A stretch of 64,000 bases of DNA from Octopus bimaculoides. Taxonomy: Eukaryota. The notes below the pieces were generated by a model. It worked only from the letters and a program-made list of their open reading frames with translations. It was not told where the DNA came from and did not search any database. The position numbers and the translations under genes were made by a program. Below are positions 50,266 to 62,569 of this stretch, in pieces; the first letter of the stretch is position 1; each line of letters begins with the position of its first letter. The DNA is taken from NCBI RefSeq assembly GCF_001194135.2, contig NC_068998.1:43056876-43120875 (forward strand), read 5' to 3'.

Positions 50266-50924
50266 CCTATATTATATTGTTGTCAATTCCATAATTTAGC
50301 TGCTATTGTTGCTGAAGACTGGCAGCAAATCTTGCTGTGAACACCTATCCCAATATTTAAGGTCTTCATGAATGCAATGTGGACTGGTTCCAGATTGGAT
50401 CTTGTTTGCTAGTGACACAGGTGACAACAAAGAAACACCAGTTGTTTGAGACACGAGTGTAACTGGAAGAACTGGTTAAGGTTTTGCAAGGCAGAAGCTG
50501 ATATGAATATAAGTGTTAATTATAGGATTTGAGTTATTAGTATTACTCAACAACAAAAATTGCTTAATTACAGTAGAAAATCTTTGAAATTCTTTTGCTT
50601 ATTACCTGTGTGTCATAAACACCTAGAAAGCAATAATAGATTTTAGCTGTGCAATACTAACAATGCAATATAAATTATTATTATCCAATGTTTTCTTCGT
50701 TAATATTCAAAGCACGTGCTAGTCAGGAAATGTTTGCTAAAAACTGTTACGATGCCGATAGCTTCGACTTTATTCCAACGATTATATTTGCTTAAAGACA
50801 AATTCATGTCTGCTTCTATCAGTTTTCTAGAATGAATATTAACCAACATTATTGGTTAAGGACGTAGAGGAAAAGAAAAAGAGCAACACAAAATGAAACA
50901 AAGCAAACATGGAACAAATATATA

Positions 50925-50983
<59 letters not shown>

Positions 50984-51862
50984 CAAAAAAAATAGAAAGA
51001 GACTAAATGTTTTATATAGTTTTGTTTTGTTGGAGATATTTCTCGTCATAGATAACGCAATGAATAACGGTAAAATACGGCACACTGTGTGAAATAAATC
51101 TTTTCACACAAACAGTGCATACAAATTTGTTAATATTTTTCCTTGAAAGTGTTTTTTAAATTGTTTTTGCTTTTGGAATTTAGAGGTGAGAGAATAAAAT
51201 AAAATAAAAATAGGTCTTGCTACAGGTAGCAAAAACATAGTGTGCTAAGCATTATAATAAGGTAAAACTTCAAGAATACTTTATAGAATAAATAGTAGAC
51301 GAGATTTAAATGTGAAACTAATGCGAACAGATTGTTATAGTAATAGATTCTTGACAGACAAGACAGACCTGGTTAGCATTTTGTGTTGTGAGACAGAAGG
51401 TAGCTTACTTTGAGTAGTTTAAACAATATGTCCTGAACCTCATCAGCATAATCATCATCATCATCCTCATCTTCATTATTGTCATCGTCATCGTCCTTAT
51501 CGTCAACATTAACAACACCTCCATCATCATCATAATCTTCATCATCCTCATCGTTATCATCATTTTAATATTTAATTTTCCATGCTGGCATGGATCAGAC
51601 AGATTTAATCCGTCACCTGTTTCACATAGCCACACCTGTGCCTGTCTATCCTTCTATATCAAACAATTCAATATCATATCCCATAACACTACAGTACACT
51701 ATAGAACTCACATTACAGGTTAAAAAATTACAGATGGGTTCACCAGCATCAATTCACCAAAGGGGAAATTCACCAGCATCTATTCACTATGAAGAAAGTT
51801 CATTGTGAGGAAAGTTTACCGAGAAAATATATCCATAGTATCTCACCATTAATAGTTACTCT

Positions 51863-52058
51863 CTCTTTTACTTGCTTCAGTCATTTGACTGTGGCCATGC
51901 TGGAGCACCACCTTTAGTCGAGCAAATCAACCCGAGGACTTATTCTTTCTAAGCATAGTGCTTATTTTATCAGTCTCTTTTTTTGCCGAACCGCTAAGTT
52001 ATGGGGACCTAAAACCTACCAGCATCAGTTGTCAAGTGATGTTGGGGGGACAAACACA

Positions 52059-52125
<67 letters not shown>

Positions 52126-52334
52126 TTATATACATATATACAANNNNNNNNNNNNNNNNNNNNNNNNNNNNNNNNNNNNNNNNNNNNNNNNNNNNNNNNN
52201 NNNNNNNNNNNNNNNNNNNNNNNNNNNNNNNNNNNNNNNNNNNNNNNNNNNNNNNNNNNNNNNNNNNNNNNNNNNNNNNNNNNNNNNNNNNNNNNNNNNN
52301 NNNNNNNNNNNNTGATGTTGGGGGGACAAACACA

Positions 52335-52401
<67 letters not shown>

Positions 52402-52557
52402 TTATATACATATATACAACGGGCTCCTTTCAGTTTCTGTCTACCAAATCAACTCACAAGGCTTTGGTTGGCCTGAGGCTATAGTAGCCATGCAGTGGGA
52501 CTGAACCCGGAACCATGTCGTTGGTTAGCAAGCTACTTACCACACAGCCACTCCGTA
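51863..52557 (-). mobile_element. SINE family A (internal segment duplicated across a gap)
   Basis: Tail at 51863, head at 52557. The ~105-nt blocks on either side of the N-run are identical. Confidence 0.85.
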
Positions 52558-52804
52558 TTGAAAAAAACGGTGAATTGCTGATGGTAAACTTACTGGCCAT
52601 GGGCTACACTGTACCAGACTACTCAATTTTGTACTGCATGTATGTATGTGTGTATGTATGTATGCATGTATGTATGTATATATGAATATATGTATGTGTG
52701 TATGTATGTATGTCATTATTCAGTTTTATTTCAAGATTTCTTGCCAGCAGAGAAAGAACCGGTTTCTAATCTTGATCCACCAACTGATCATGACCGACAC
52801 CAAG

Positions 52805-53048
52805 TACCCCCTTACTGGTTCCTGTGCTGGTGGCACGTAAAAAGCACCATCTGAAAGTGATCGTTGCTAGACTCGACTTACTGGCTCTCGGACTGGTTGG
52901 CATTAGGAAGGGCATCCAGCTATAGAAACTCTGCCTGACCAGATTGGAGCCTGGTGCAGCCTTCTGGCTCACCAGACCTCAGTCAAACCATTGTCCAACC
53001 CATGCCAGCATAGAAAACGGACATTAATCGATGATAATGATGATGATC
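52805..53048 (+). mobile_element. RTE-type 3' tail, sense orientation, ending (GAT)n
   Basis: GGAAGGGCATCCAGCTATAGAAAC..CCAACCCATGCCAGCATAGAAAACGGACATTAATCGATGATAATGATGATGA. Confidence 0.75.
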
Positions 53049-53433
53049 CAACCGTAGTACACTTGTCAATATTATCTAATGGTTGTCTTTTGAGATGTGA
53101 CATCGATCATCGTTTGTTACTGAAAGATTTGAAATGCTTCCACCACCAGTTTGCCATAATCTCTTCCTTCCTTATTCATCTATCACCCCTTCCTTTCTCA
53201 TTTGTATGTTGTGACAGAGAAAAACACAAGGGTATTATTATAGTAGATAAGATACACGGTATTCTCTTTGCCACTTCCTCTTTCTTATTGCTGTTACTTT
53301 CTCTCACTCCCTCTCAGTCATGGCTATTACTCTCACTAATTCTCCTTCACTGAATTACTATTTTTTATTCTCTCCCTTCACTTATACTACTCTTGCTCCC
53401 ACTCCCTCCTACTGAGTGATTTTGGAAAAATAC

Positions 53434-53464
<31 letters not shown>

Positions 53465-53877
53465 TATATGTATATGTATATATTCTCTCTCTTTCCTTTC
53501 CTGAGCATCTAGTAACACAGTCTGTATCACGTCCTCACATTGTTTTTTGTTGTTGTTTTTTTTGTCTTTTTCCTTCGTTGAGCTTATATATATATATAAA
53601 TTTAGATGATAAGNNNNNNNNNNNNNNNNNNNNNNNNNNNNNNNNNNNNNNNNNNNNNNNNNNNNNNNNNNNNNNNNNNNNNNNNNNNNNNNNNNNNNNN
53701 NNNNNNNNNNNNNNNNNNNNNNNNNNNNNNNNNNNNNNNNNNNNNNNNNNNNNNNNNNNNNNNNNNNNNNNNNNNNNNNNNNNNNNNNNNNNNNNNNNNN
53801 NNNNNNNNNNNNNNNNNNNNNNNNNNNNNNNNNNNNNNNNNNNNNNNNNNNNNNNNNNNNNNNNNNNNNNNNNNNNN

Positions 53878-53912
<35 letters not shown>

Positions 53913-54534
53913 TTAATTGGAAAAGGATGCGTGGTGTTCGATCATATAATAATATAAATAATATATTATGATATATGTATATATACAAATATATAAAAAC
54001 TCTAGACTTATTACATTAGGAGATTCTAAGGGTTGCATTATACTATGCTTACAAAATACATGTTAGACTATATTAGCCAAAGGACAGAAGGACAGACGCA
54101 CCCCTACTACATGTATCCATTAAATCAGTAACCAATTTGAAATTTAGAATTCTCTCCCTTGTCTTTCTAAACAAAAATTGTCATTAATACTAATGATATT
54201 ACTTCCCATTACAAGTACAAGTTCAATTGATTAAAAATTATTTTTGGTTCACTAACATTAAGCATGTTGTTACAGCAGTTAAACATAGTTTTTTACAAAA
54301 CAAATGTTATGTTAGAATGAAACACAATGTAAGCTCTCTTCTTTACTCTTTCTCTTTCTTCCTCTCCTCTTTTATCTTCCCCCTCACTCTCGCCATCTCC
54401 TCTACGGCTTCTCTTTCAGAAAATTATGTTTAAACCAGCAACATATCTGGATTACATATTACCGGATTTATGCTGGTTAATTTGAATACATTTAGTGGTT
54501 TGCAAATGGATTTTTGTACATAACAATGTACAAT

Positions 54535-54703
54535 GTTGCTCTCATTTTCCACAGTAGTACGTGAATGTGTGAGTGTAAATGTGTTTGTGTATGTAAATAT
54601 ACGTGAATGTACATATACATATAACTCTTTCTTACTCATTATATACATGCATATATATATATATATACATAAACACGTGTTTATGTATGTTTGTGTGTCT
54701 GTA

Positions 54704-54739
<36 letters not shown>

Positions 54740-54840
54740 AATTTCCACAGTAGTGAGTGAATGTGAGTGTAAATGAGTTTGTGTATGTAAATATATGAGA
54801 ATGTATACATACATATCACTATTTCTTACTCATTATATAC

Positions 54841-54918
<78 letters not shown>

Positions 54919-54960
54919 GTATTTATGTATGTTTGTGTGTGTAGAAACATATATATATAT
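54535..54960 (+). repeat. Diverged ~200-bp tandem duplication
   Basis: CTCA.TTTCCACAGTAG..TTTCTTACTCATTATATAC..TTTATGTATGTTTGTGTGT occurs at ~54541 and ~54737 with scattered differences. Confidence 0.8.
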
Positions 54961-55978
54961 GTATCTCATAGTGTTGTTGCTATTATTATTATCATTATTA
55001 TTTTTTTTAATGTATAGCAGGGCTGTGGGTGGAGGTGTGGAGAGAAACAAACATAGGAAGCTGACAGCATGAAGTTAGTTGATGAAATAAGTAGAACAAA
55101 TAGACATACTGATACATCTATTTCATTCACCCTAAAGGAATGTTCTACACAGATAATGCTTTTGTCTTTTTATATATTTTTATTTCCTTTTCACCGTATT
55201 ATATATATATTTTTTCTTCTCCTGCTATCTCCATTCAGATTTGTATATATTTTTATATTCAGCGTGTGCATATATATGCGTGTGCATATATATGCGTGTG
55301 CATATATATGCGTGTGCATATATATGCGTGTGCATGTGTTATTCAATTTCTTTCTTTATTTTTTTATCATCGATAAATTGATATTAGTATAATAAGTGTT
55401 ATTTCAATGAGAAAGAGAAGCAATGAGAGAGAGAGAGAGAGAGAGATCTAAAACAAATATATATTGATTTTAGGTCTTGAAAATGGGATTGAGTTTTGAT
55501 TAGAAACTCAGACATAGCTAAATGCTAATACAAACACAGTTGTTTGTTTCTGTTGGCTGGGTTGTGAAATGGTAGAATCTGTAGAACACACAAGATTTCA
55601 CAGACAGAAGATTTTTACAGAATCTGGTTACATTCCTTTATGATCTGAGCTTAATTCCTGCCTCTGTCAACTTAGCCTTCCTTCCTTCCTTCCTTCCTTC
55701 TGGAGCCAATAAGATAAGTACCAATCGAGTATAGTAATTAATTTCATCAACTATAACCCCTTCTGCAAAATGTGATAGCCCTGTGCCTTACTTAAAAGCC
55801 ATTACTTTATTATGTTGTACTACCTCCTGACCACTGCGTTTTGTTCCAGGAAATCTCTTAGAGTACAGTATAGTACAATATAGTATGGTATTGAATAGTA
55901 TAGTATAGTTAGCATGCTGTTTTACTTCTTGTGGCTTAGACAACTGACACTGGTCAATAGGTCTCAGCAGTTGAGCAT

Positions 55979-56025
55979 CCATCACTGATGAAACCAAGGA
56001 AGGTTGAAATCATATGATCTGGTGG
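55979..56025 (+). ncRNA. Type I hammerhead ribozyme (family 4), fully intact
   Basis: CCAUCA CUGAUGA AACC-AAGGAA-GGUU GAAA UC-AUAU-GA UC UGGUGG: 6-bp stem I (one GU), 4-bp stem II, palindromic stem III and an AUC triplet. Predicted cut after 56019. Confidence 0.85.
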
Positions 56026-56245
56026 TCTTGATGTTGGAGTTGGTGGGGAATTTATCTTCCTGCTAGTGATATAAGCATGTGTGCATTCTACACCAAAAGC
56101 CTATATGAGAATTTCTCTCATGGTATCTACCACAGTAAAGTGTGTTCTTACTTAAGCGGGGATAAGTATTACCCCAAGTTAGGATAGTGATCTCATTATG
56201 CTGTGACTGGTAATGCACAGGCATGAGCTAAGGCTAGATACATCT

Positions 56246-56337
56246 AGAGATAAGCTATAGAAAGAAATTACACATATGGCAACCACTTCTGTACACTGCT
56301 GCCCCATTTGTGGGACTTCTTTCTATAGCTTATCTCT
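56246..56337. other. 92-nt foldback with a perfect 21-bp inverted repeat
   Basis: AGAGATAAGCTATAGAAAGAA (56246-56266) and TTCTTTCTATAGCTTATCTCT (56317-56337). Imperfect pairing continues ~15 nt inward. Confidence 0.85.
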
Positions 56338-56469
56338 TTCTCCAAGCTACAGTTTAAAGTTAACTCAAGCCAATCACTGGCCTGCATTTGTATGTTTGAC
56401 ATCTGAGCATTTGGTGTCAACCCTTATGGCCTCAGTAGTTTCTTCTGGAAGACATTTAAGTCAAAGTTT

Positions 56470-56700
56470 ATGATTATTCAAAAGTCCCTGGCTTGGCAGC
56501 CCTATTGAAGAGGGCTGTTATTTAGTCTGCAGTTATGATCCTATTAAGGCTAATAGCCACTAAATTCGACCAAGATGTACACCAAATGATATTGTTTGGC
56601 ATGCACTTCTTCACTGTTCATGTATTGCTGATTTGTGGGCTTATGGTGAACATTTATGGGACAGATCTGGCTGTCAGCTGAGTCCATCGTGAAGACTGAC
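56470..56700 (+). mobile_element. L1/Tx1-type LINE ORF2 C-terminal zinc-knuckle remnant
   Basis: QKSLAWQ..; RPRCTPNDIVWHALLHCSCIADLWAYGEHL; SAESIVK. Fits the CxxC...ETxxHxxxxC...W C-terminal pattern with frameshifts. Confidence 0.6.
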
Positions 56701-57429
56701 ATATTGATTTAACATTTTCCTTTAGCAAAGAAAAGTGGATAGTTCGTGGTTATTGTAAAGGAAGCCATGCAGTGAATATACTACAGAACTTCCTTTGAGA
56801 AAATGCTCTCAACAACTTCAAGGCATGAGGAGAAGATAAAGAAAATAATTATAAGATGCATATGAGTGGCAAAATTAACAAAGCTAAAAGGACCTGTTCC
56901 ATGTGGCTGTAATTCGGCAACATGAACTTGGAAAAGGTGTCCTTATTTATGTGGCAAGGTAATTTTGTGTTGTTTGCGGTGGTGGTGGTGGTGATGATGG
57001 GGTTTCAAAATACTTATGTGGTCCCCCACTGCCCATTTATGGTAATCCTTCCTCTTTGTTATTTCTTTGATATTGTTGTTAATTGCTGTCTGTTAATGTG
57101 TTTATTGTTTGATTGAGCTCACCTCTCTTAATGTGACCCCTCCCCCCAGTTTCTTGCTTGGTGTTTTCTCTTGTATTTCCTCTTTAAAACATTCCCCTCT
57201 TTTAATGAAAATTAACTTTTTCAAGAATGTGTTATTGTACCAATACAACAAAAAATTACCTGTATTTTTGCTTGCTAAAGCATTGAACTTATGATAATTA
57301 GTCTTCACTTCAAACACAGTTGTTGTTTGTTCTTTCTCTAGCCATGCCTGGCTCATAAGGGCTGGTTTCCCGGTTTCATTGGCATCTAGGTTCCCCACCT
57401 GGATGAGACACCAGTCTATCACTGTGGTG

Positions 57430-57620
57430 CTGCTAGATGCAGGAGAAAAGAGTCAGAGAAAGTTGTGGCAAAAAAGTCAACAGAAGTTCACCGATACCTT
57501 CTGCCACGTGGAGCTTAGGTGTTTCGCTCATAAACACACATATCATCTGATCTGAGATTTGAACCCACGATCTCTCAACTGCAAGTCTGCTGCTCTAACC
57601 ACTAGGCCATATGTCTCCAC
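57430..57620 (-). mobile_element. SINE family B-related head and body (diverged)
   Basis: GAGAAAGTTGTGG..GGAGCTTAGGTGTTT..TTGAACCCACGATC..CTAACCACTAGGCCAT. Confidence 0.7.
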
Positions 57621-58933
57621 TCACTGCAAACACAGTGGTTTGATAAAATTGGTCACAGTGGTATACTTGGAATTTTGTCGGCCAAAAAGCACTTATATGT
57701 GTCGTTTGAGAAGTGGTGTACACAGGCTGATTTAGTTATACACAGTTGGAACATACCGTTTGCTAAACTGCTGCCATGTACAAGAGACAAGGATCAGCAT
57801 TCTCTTCTCTTCTCTGCAAGGTTTTGGATTTTTGCCAAATTAAGAAATTACTAATATTAATGTTTTTGCTTCATTTCAATGTGTGATTTTCATTTTCTTT
57901 CTCCTCTCTCTTTTAAAACAAATATTTGTCTAAGCAAAATATATTTATCTAAAGAAATAAAAATCATTTTAAATCAAATACAAAACAATAAAACCTTGTA
58001 AAATACCAAAGACTTTTGACTTCAGATGTAATATGAGCTTGCTTTTTTATTATTTGTTTTAATTTTTATTTATTTATTATTCTTATTCTTATTTTTGGAA
58101 TATTTTGCTTTATAAATGATATTATGTCAACACTAATATTTCATTATAAGCAGTTAGAGTATTGTTCATATATTTGGCTTACAGTTCTTGCAATACACTG
58201 AAGAATTAACTTGGCCAAGTGGATATGGTATATTTTTTTATTACAGCTCTAGGATATTGCATTCATATCTACTGCAGATATTTCATGGCATTTATGGATA
58301 ACACACATGAGTCTATGACCTTGAGTTTATCCATCAGTAACAGATAGGGTCAGATTATTTGAGAATATTTGTTGAAATAGATAATTTGGTCATCGTGTCA
58401 TGAAACTAGATTTAAACACTTAATCTGAAAAAAAAAGAAAGAAAAACAGTTTCAGACAAATCATAGGAAGTTCTATATTGTCATACTATTTGTTGAAAAT
58501 AGCAGCAAAATCTACCTCAAAACATCTTACCATTTTATTAAAGACATAATGGCTATTATAGTCATAAATACAAAGCATCTATATATTTAAAGTTTGTTCG
58601 ATCAGGGATGACTAAGTAGTGAGCAGTAACAACGGATAAGGTTTCGAAGCTTCATGCATATGAGACAGTAAAGCAACCTCAGTTTAGTTGCTTGATGTAG
58701 TGAATGCAATAGCTAAATCAACATCAGGGCTTGAAATAAAAATGGAGGTTACAGAAAACCCATTAAAAAAATCAAGCACTTTATTTAGCACCCTACTCAA
58801 AATATTGATATCTGCTTAAAGGTAGTGGTCTCTCAGTGATTGAGGAAGATATAAAAGGTGTGATTGGATATGCACAGGACAGTATAATTTATCAGACCAG
58901 TGGAACATGATATTTCACCCATCAACAGTTTAA

Positions 58934-59150
58934 CTCTAGCATTCGGATTATTCTGTTAAATATAAACTTTATTTATTCTCATTGTTTTCAATCAGTCCTG
59001 TATTATCTCATGACTCTGAGATTTCGATGATGTGATTGTTTATTTTAGAATAACATTGTAGGATAACTATGAGAGGACGGGTCTGGTCAGTTTGAAGATA
59101 AAACTGGTAGAATATTTGGGCCTGATATGGTTGGTTTAAATGCTAAAGGG
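58934..59150. mobile_element. Second piggyBac-type MITE family
   Basis: TTAA CTCTAGCATT ... AATGCTAAAGGG TTTA (degenerate TIR/TSD). Internal TTTCGATGATGTGATTGTTTATTTT also occurs at ~27921, with related sequence at ~43000-43130. Confidence 0.55.
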
Positions 59151-59214
59151 TTTACATAAATTTGGCTTTGTCATCCCTCTTAGTCAGAGAAAGAAAGACA
59201 GGACTCATAACCTG

Positions 59215-59475
59215 CTGTAAAAGTGTCTGTGCAGTGCCATGTAAAAGTGCCCTTATGGTACCACATAAAAGCACTTGTGCAGTGCTATATAAAAACATTC
59301 AGTACACTCTGTAAAGTGGTTGGTGTTAGGAAGGGTCTCTGGATTTAGAAACCATGCCAAATCAGACTGGAGTCTAATGTAGCTCCCCAACTTGCCGGCT
59401 CTAATCAAACTATCCAACACATGCCGGCATGGACAATGGATGTTAAATGACGGTGATTTTGATAATGATGATGTG
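59215..59475 (+). mobile_element. RTE-type 3' tail, diverged
   Basis: AAGTGGTTGGTGTTAGGAAGGG..CCAACACATGCCGGCATGGACAATGGATGTTAAATGA..(TGA)n. Confidence 0.65.
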
Positions 59476-59624
59476 ACAGGTAGGAGACAGAGAGTAAAAA
59501 CACCATGAAGAATGGATTGTTGCAGTAATAAGAAGCAGCATGTTTGGTTAGCATTTTTTCCTGACTAAATGGCAGCAAAGTGACAGAATAATTAGCATGC
59601 CAGCCAAAATATATATGTGTGTGT

Positions 59625-59882
59625 GTGTATGTATGTTCATGTATATCTATGTGTGTGTGTCTTTGTGTCTTTGTTTGTTCCTCACCACTCTTTGACAACC
59701 GGTGCTGGTGTGTTTACATCCCTGAAACTTTGTGTTTCAGCAAAATGACTGATAGAATAAGTAGTAGGCCTAAAAAAAGTAAGTCGANNNNNNNNNNGGG
59801 GGGTCAATTCATTTGACTAACACCCTTCAATGCAGTGCTCCAGCATGGCTGCAGGCAAACAACTGGAACAAGTAAGAGATAA
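59625..59882 (+). mobile_element. SINE family A, 3' half
   Basis: TTGACAACCGGTGCTGGTGTGTTTAC..GCTCCAGCATGGC. Confidence 0.75.
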
Positions 59883-60469
59883 AATCTATTCATTTTTAAG
59901 TATCAGAATCTTATATAAGAAATTATTGTTAGACTATGTTCCAGACATGAATTTAATAACGCGAAGGTTAGCTGCTTAACTAAATTATTCCAAACTTGCA
60001 ACTATTTCCAGAATTAATTGAAAGAGTATTTTTGCATAATTAATGAAAGAATTAAAAACCTAATTGGAAAAATATGCAGAAACAAAAGCAAAGCATTATT
60101 ATTATTCATTGACTAAAATTGTTTAATAGGAGCATTCATACATTGTTAGATTATCAATAAATAAAATTACCATGTGGGGTGTCTTGTTCTGCATTGTGTT
60201 AAAGGGCAAGGGTTCACATTGTTAGACCTTCCACTTCCTGGGGCATTCAAGCTTATCAATTTTCTATGACCTCTCCTGTGAATCAGCTATTACTGATGCT
60301 GATCCTTAACCAAATTTCTTGAAGTTCAAACATTACATTAATAGTATTTGAATTATTTTAAAAAGTACACTCAATCGGTCGGTCGGTCGGTCAGTGTTTG
60401 TAAATATGTGGCTGAGTTGGTGCATTGATTGAGCTGTTGGTGCCACTAATAGATTGGATTTGGACAATC

Positions 60470-60640
60470 CTGCTTTTTCTGCAAAACCTATTATTTCTAG
60501 ATTTTTGTGTACATTTGTTGTTACATTGCCTAATGCTCCAATGATGATAGGTACAAATGAGAATTCATAATCGGGATACAAGAGCTGTAAGTTCCACATT
60601 AATTCGCCAGAAATGTTCTCTTTTCCTGGACGTTTTATTG
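60470..60640 (-). mobile_element. Non-LTR retrotransposon C-terminal restriction-like endonuclease (RLE) remnant
   Basis: KENISGELMWNLQLLYPDYEFSFVPIIIGALGNVTTNVHKNLEIIGF matches the RLE end motif K..KY..L..EL..LW...VPIVIGALG.V...L..LG (R4/NeSL-like clades). Confidence 0.7.
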
Positions 60641-60933
60641 TACTTCTACATTCACTATGTATATATATATATATATAAAATTTACTAATAAGGGTAGAAA
60701 TTGATATTAATCAATTAAAACCAGTGGTCTAGCATATTTTAAAAAATCCGAAGATTAAAATTATATTACATACAAAGATAAGAGGAAAGACCAGCAAAAA
60801 ATTTCAGCGACACAACAGACTCTAAAAGGCCAAGACAAATGAAAAAATACTTAATAAAAAAATACTAAATAAAAAAACGGCATCTATTTCTAGCATATAG
60901 GAGTCCACTTTTGCTGGTCATTCCTCTTATTTT

Positions 60934-60974
<41 letters not shown>

Positions 60975-61115
60975 GTGGAGAATGGAGCAACAAATACAAG
61001 AAGAAGCAATTCTGTTGGGCTAGTTAGCCGCTGTTTTATTATGTGGAGGTTATGTAATGAGTCATTGTGGAGGTTGAGGTTATGTAGTGAGTCATTGTGA
61101 ATGTTATGTAATAGT

Positions 61116-61167
61116 CATTTACGTACGTTTCAATCTAGCCAATGGTTTGGCAGATCTCATCAGAATG
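61116..61167 (-). ncRNA. Minimal Penelope-type hammerhead (family 5), fully intact
   Basis: CAUU CUGAUGA GAUCU-GCCAA-ACCA-UUGGC-U-AGAUU GAAA C-GUAC-G UA AAUG: 4-bp stem I, 10-bp bulged stem II, 2-bp stem III with a palindromic GUAC loop, and a GUA triplet. Cut between 61120 and 61119. Confidence 0.85.
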
Positions 61168-61169
61168 TT

Positions 61170-61400
61170 GAGGAGTATGTTAAGAGTTCGTGGTGCGAGG
61201 GATGTAGGAGAAGTGATTGGTGGGTATATTAACGTATATGGTGGTCTAATAATAGCGATAGGTTAAGAAAGCCTTACGTTTTAGTTGAAGTTGTGTAGGA
61301 TGGGTGCTATTTAAGCTCATTATTCCGGTTTTAATCAAATGCATCTCTACGTGATTTTATGATTGAGGGATCTGTCATATATTTATAGCACCGGCGGTGT
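61170..61400 (-). mobile_element. Penelope-like element 3' end (ORF C-terminus plus pLTR) upstream of the hammerhead
   Basis: Reverse frame NHVEMHLIKTGIMSLNS fits the recalled GIY-YIG PLE end motif R..E..LI......LN. It lies ~150 nt upstream of a PLE-type HHR on the same strand. Confidence 0.45.
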
Positions 61401-62569
61401 TAGTACAGGGAAGCAACCTTAAATTTAGGTGAAAAGGTTGCTTGGATGCTTCAGATTACCCCTGAAGGATTGAGGCAAGCCTATCATTTACCTATATATA
61501 TATATATNNNNNNNNNNNNNNNNNNNNNNNNNNNNNNNNNNNNNNNNNNNNNNNNNNNNNNNNNNNNNNNNNNNNNNNNNNNNNNNNNNNNNNNNNNNNN
61601 NNNNNNNNNNNNNNNNNNNNNNNNNNNNNNNNNNNNNNNNNNNNNNNNNNNNNNNNNNNNNNNNNNNNNNNNNNNNNNNNNNNNNNNNNNNNNNNNNNNN
61701 NNNNNNNNNNNNNNNNNNNNNNNNNNNNNNNNNNNNNNNNNNNNNNNNNNNNNNNNNNNNNNNNNNNNNNNNNNNNNNNNNNNNNNNNNNNNNNNNNNNN
61801 NNNNNNNNNNNNNNNNNNNNNNNNNNNNNNNNNNNNNNNNNNNNNNNNNNNNNNNNNNNNNNNNNNNNNNNNNNNNNNNNNNNNNNNNNNNNNNNNNNNN
61901 NNNNNNNNNNNNNNNNNNNNNNNNNNNNNNNNNNNNNNNNNNNNNNNNNNNNNNNNNNNNNNNNNNNNNNNNNNNNNNNNNNNNNNNNNNNNNNNNNNNN
62001 NNNNNNNNNNNNNNTTATTTTATGTATGTATGTATGCATATATGCATGTGTGTTTCTGTGTGTGTGTGTGTGTTTGTGCATGTGTGTAAAATGCAGTAAG
62101 CATTAAAAAGTAAGTAAAAAATAAAAAAATTACGCAGTGAGGTGCATAATCCTAAGATCACTACATCATGCTTCTATAGTTGTCAAACTTGGACGTTCTA
62201 TTTTCGGCACTGAGGTCTATTCAACCTATCTGAGTAGCCTCCTCTACATTCTATTCAGTCAGCAATATATACATCAGTTGGCAACACATCTTCAGTAAAC
62301 AAAAAGTTCTTTCAAGATAAAAGAACTAAAAATATTGAAGCTAAAATTCTCTAGGTCCAGTTTTATTGATCTTACCAAATTATCTGATTGGAAGAAAACA
62401 GAAACCTAAGACAGCTGTTTTCACAAACTCCTACTTAAATTTGAAATGCGGTATATTGAAGACATAAAGTTAATTGCAAGGCCATCCCTAGGTGGACATG
62501 TTGAGACAGCTACAACAAACATGATAGTCTTGCGGTTGGCAAAGCTGGTATATCTTTTATCTTTTATCT

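Noticed and set aside
50300-50360. CTGAAGA followed by a 7-bp hairpin
   Set aside because: It has GAAC instead of GAAA, three unpaired bases at the stem II base and a stem I register off by one. Not callable as a hammerhead.
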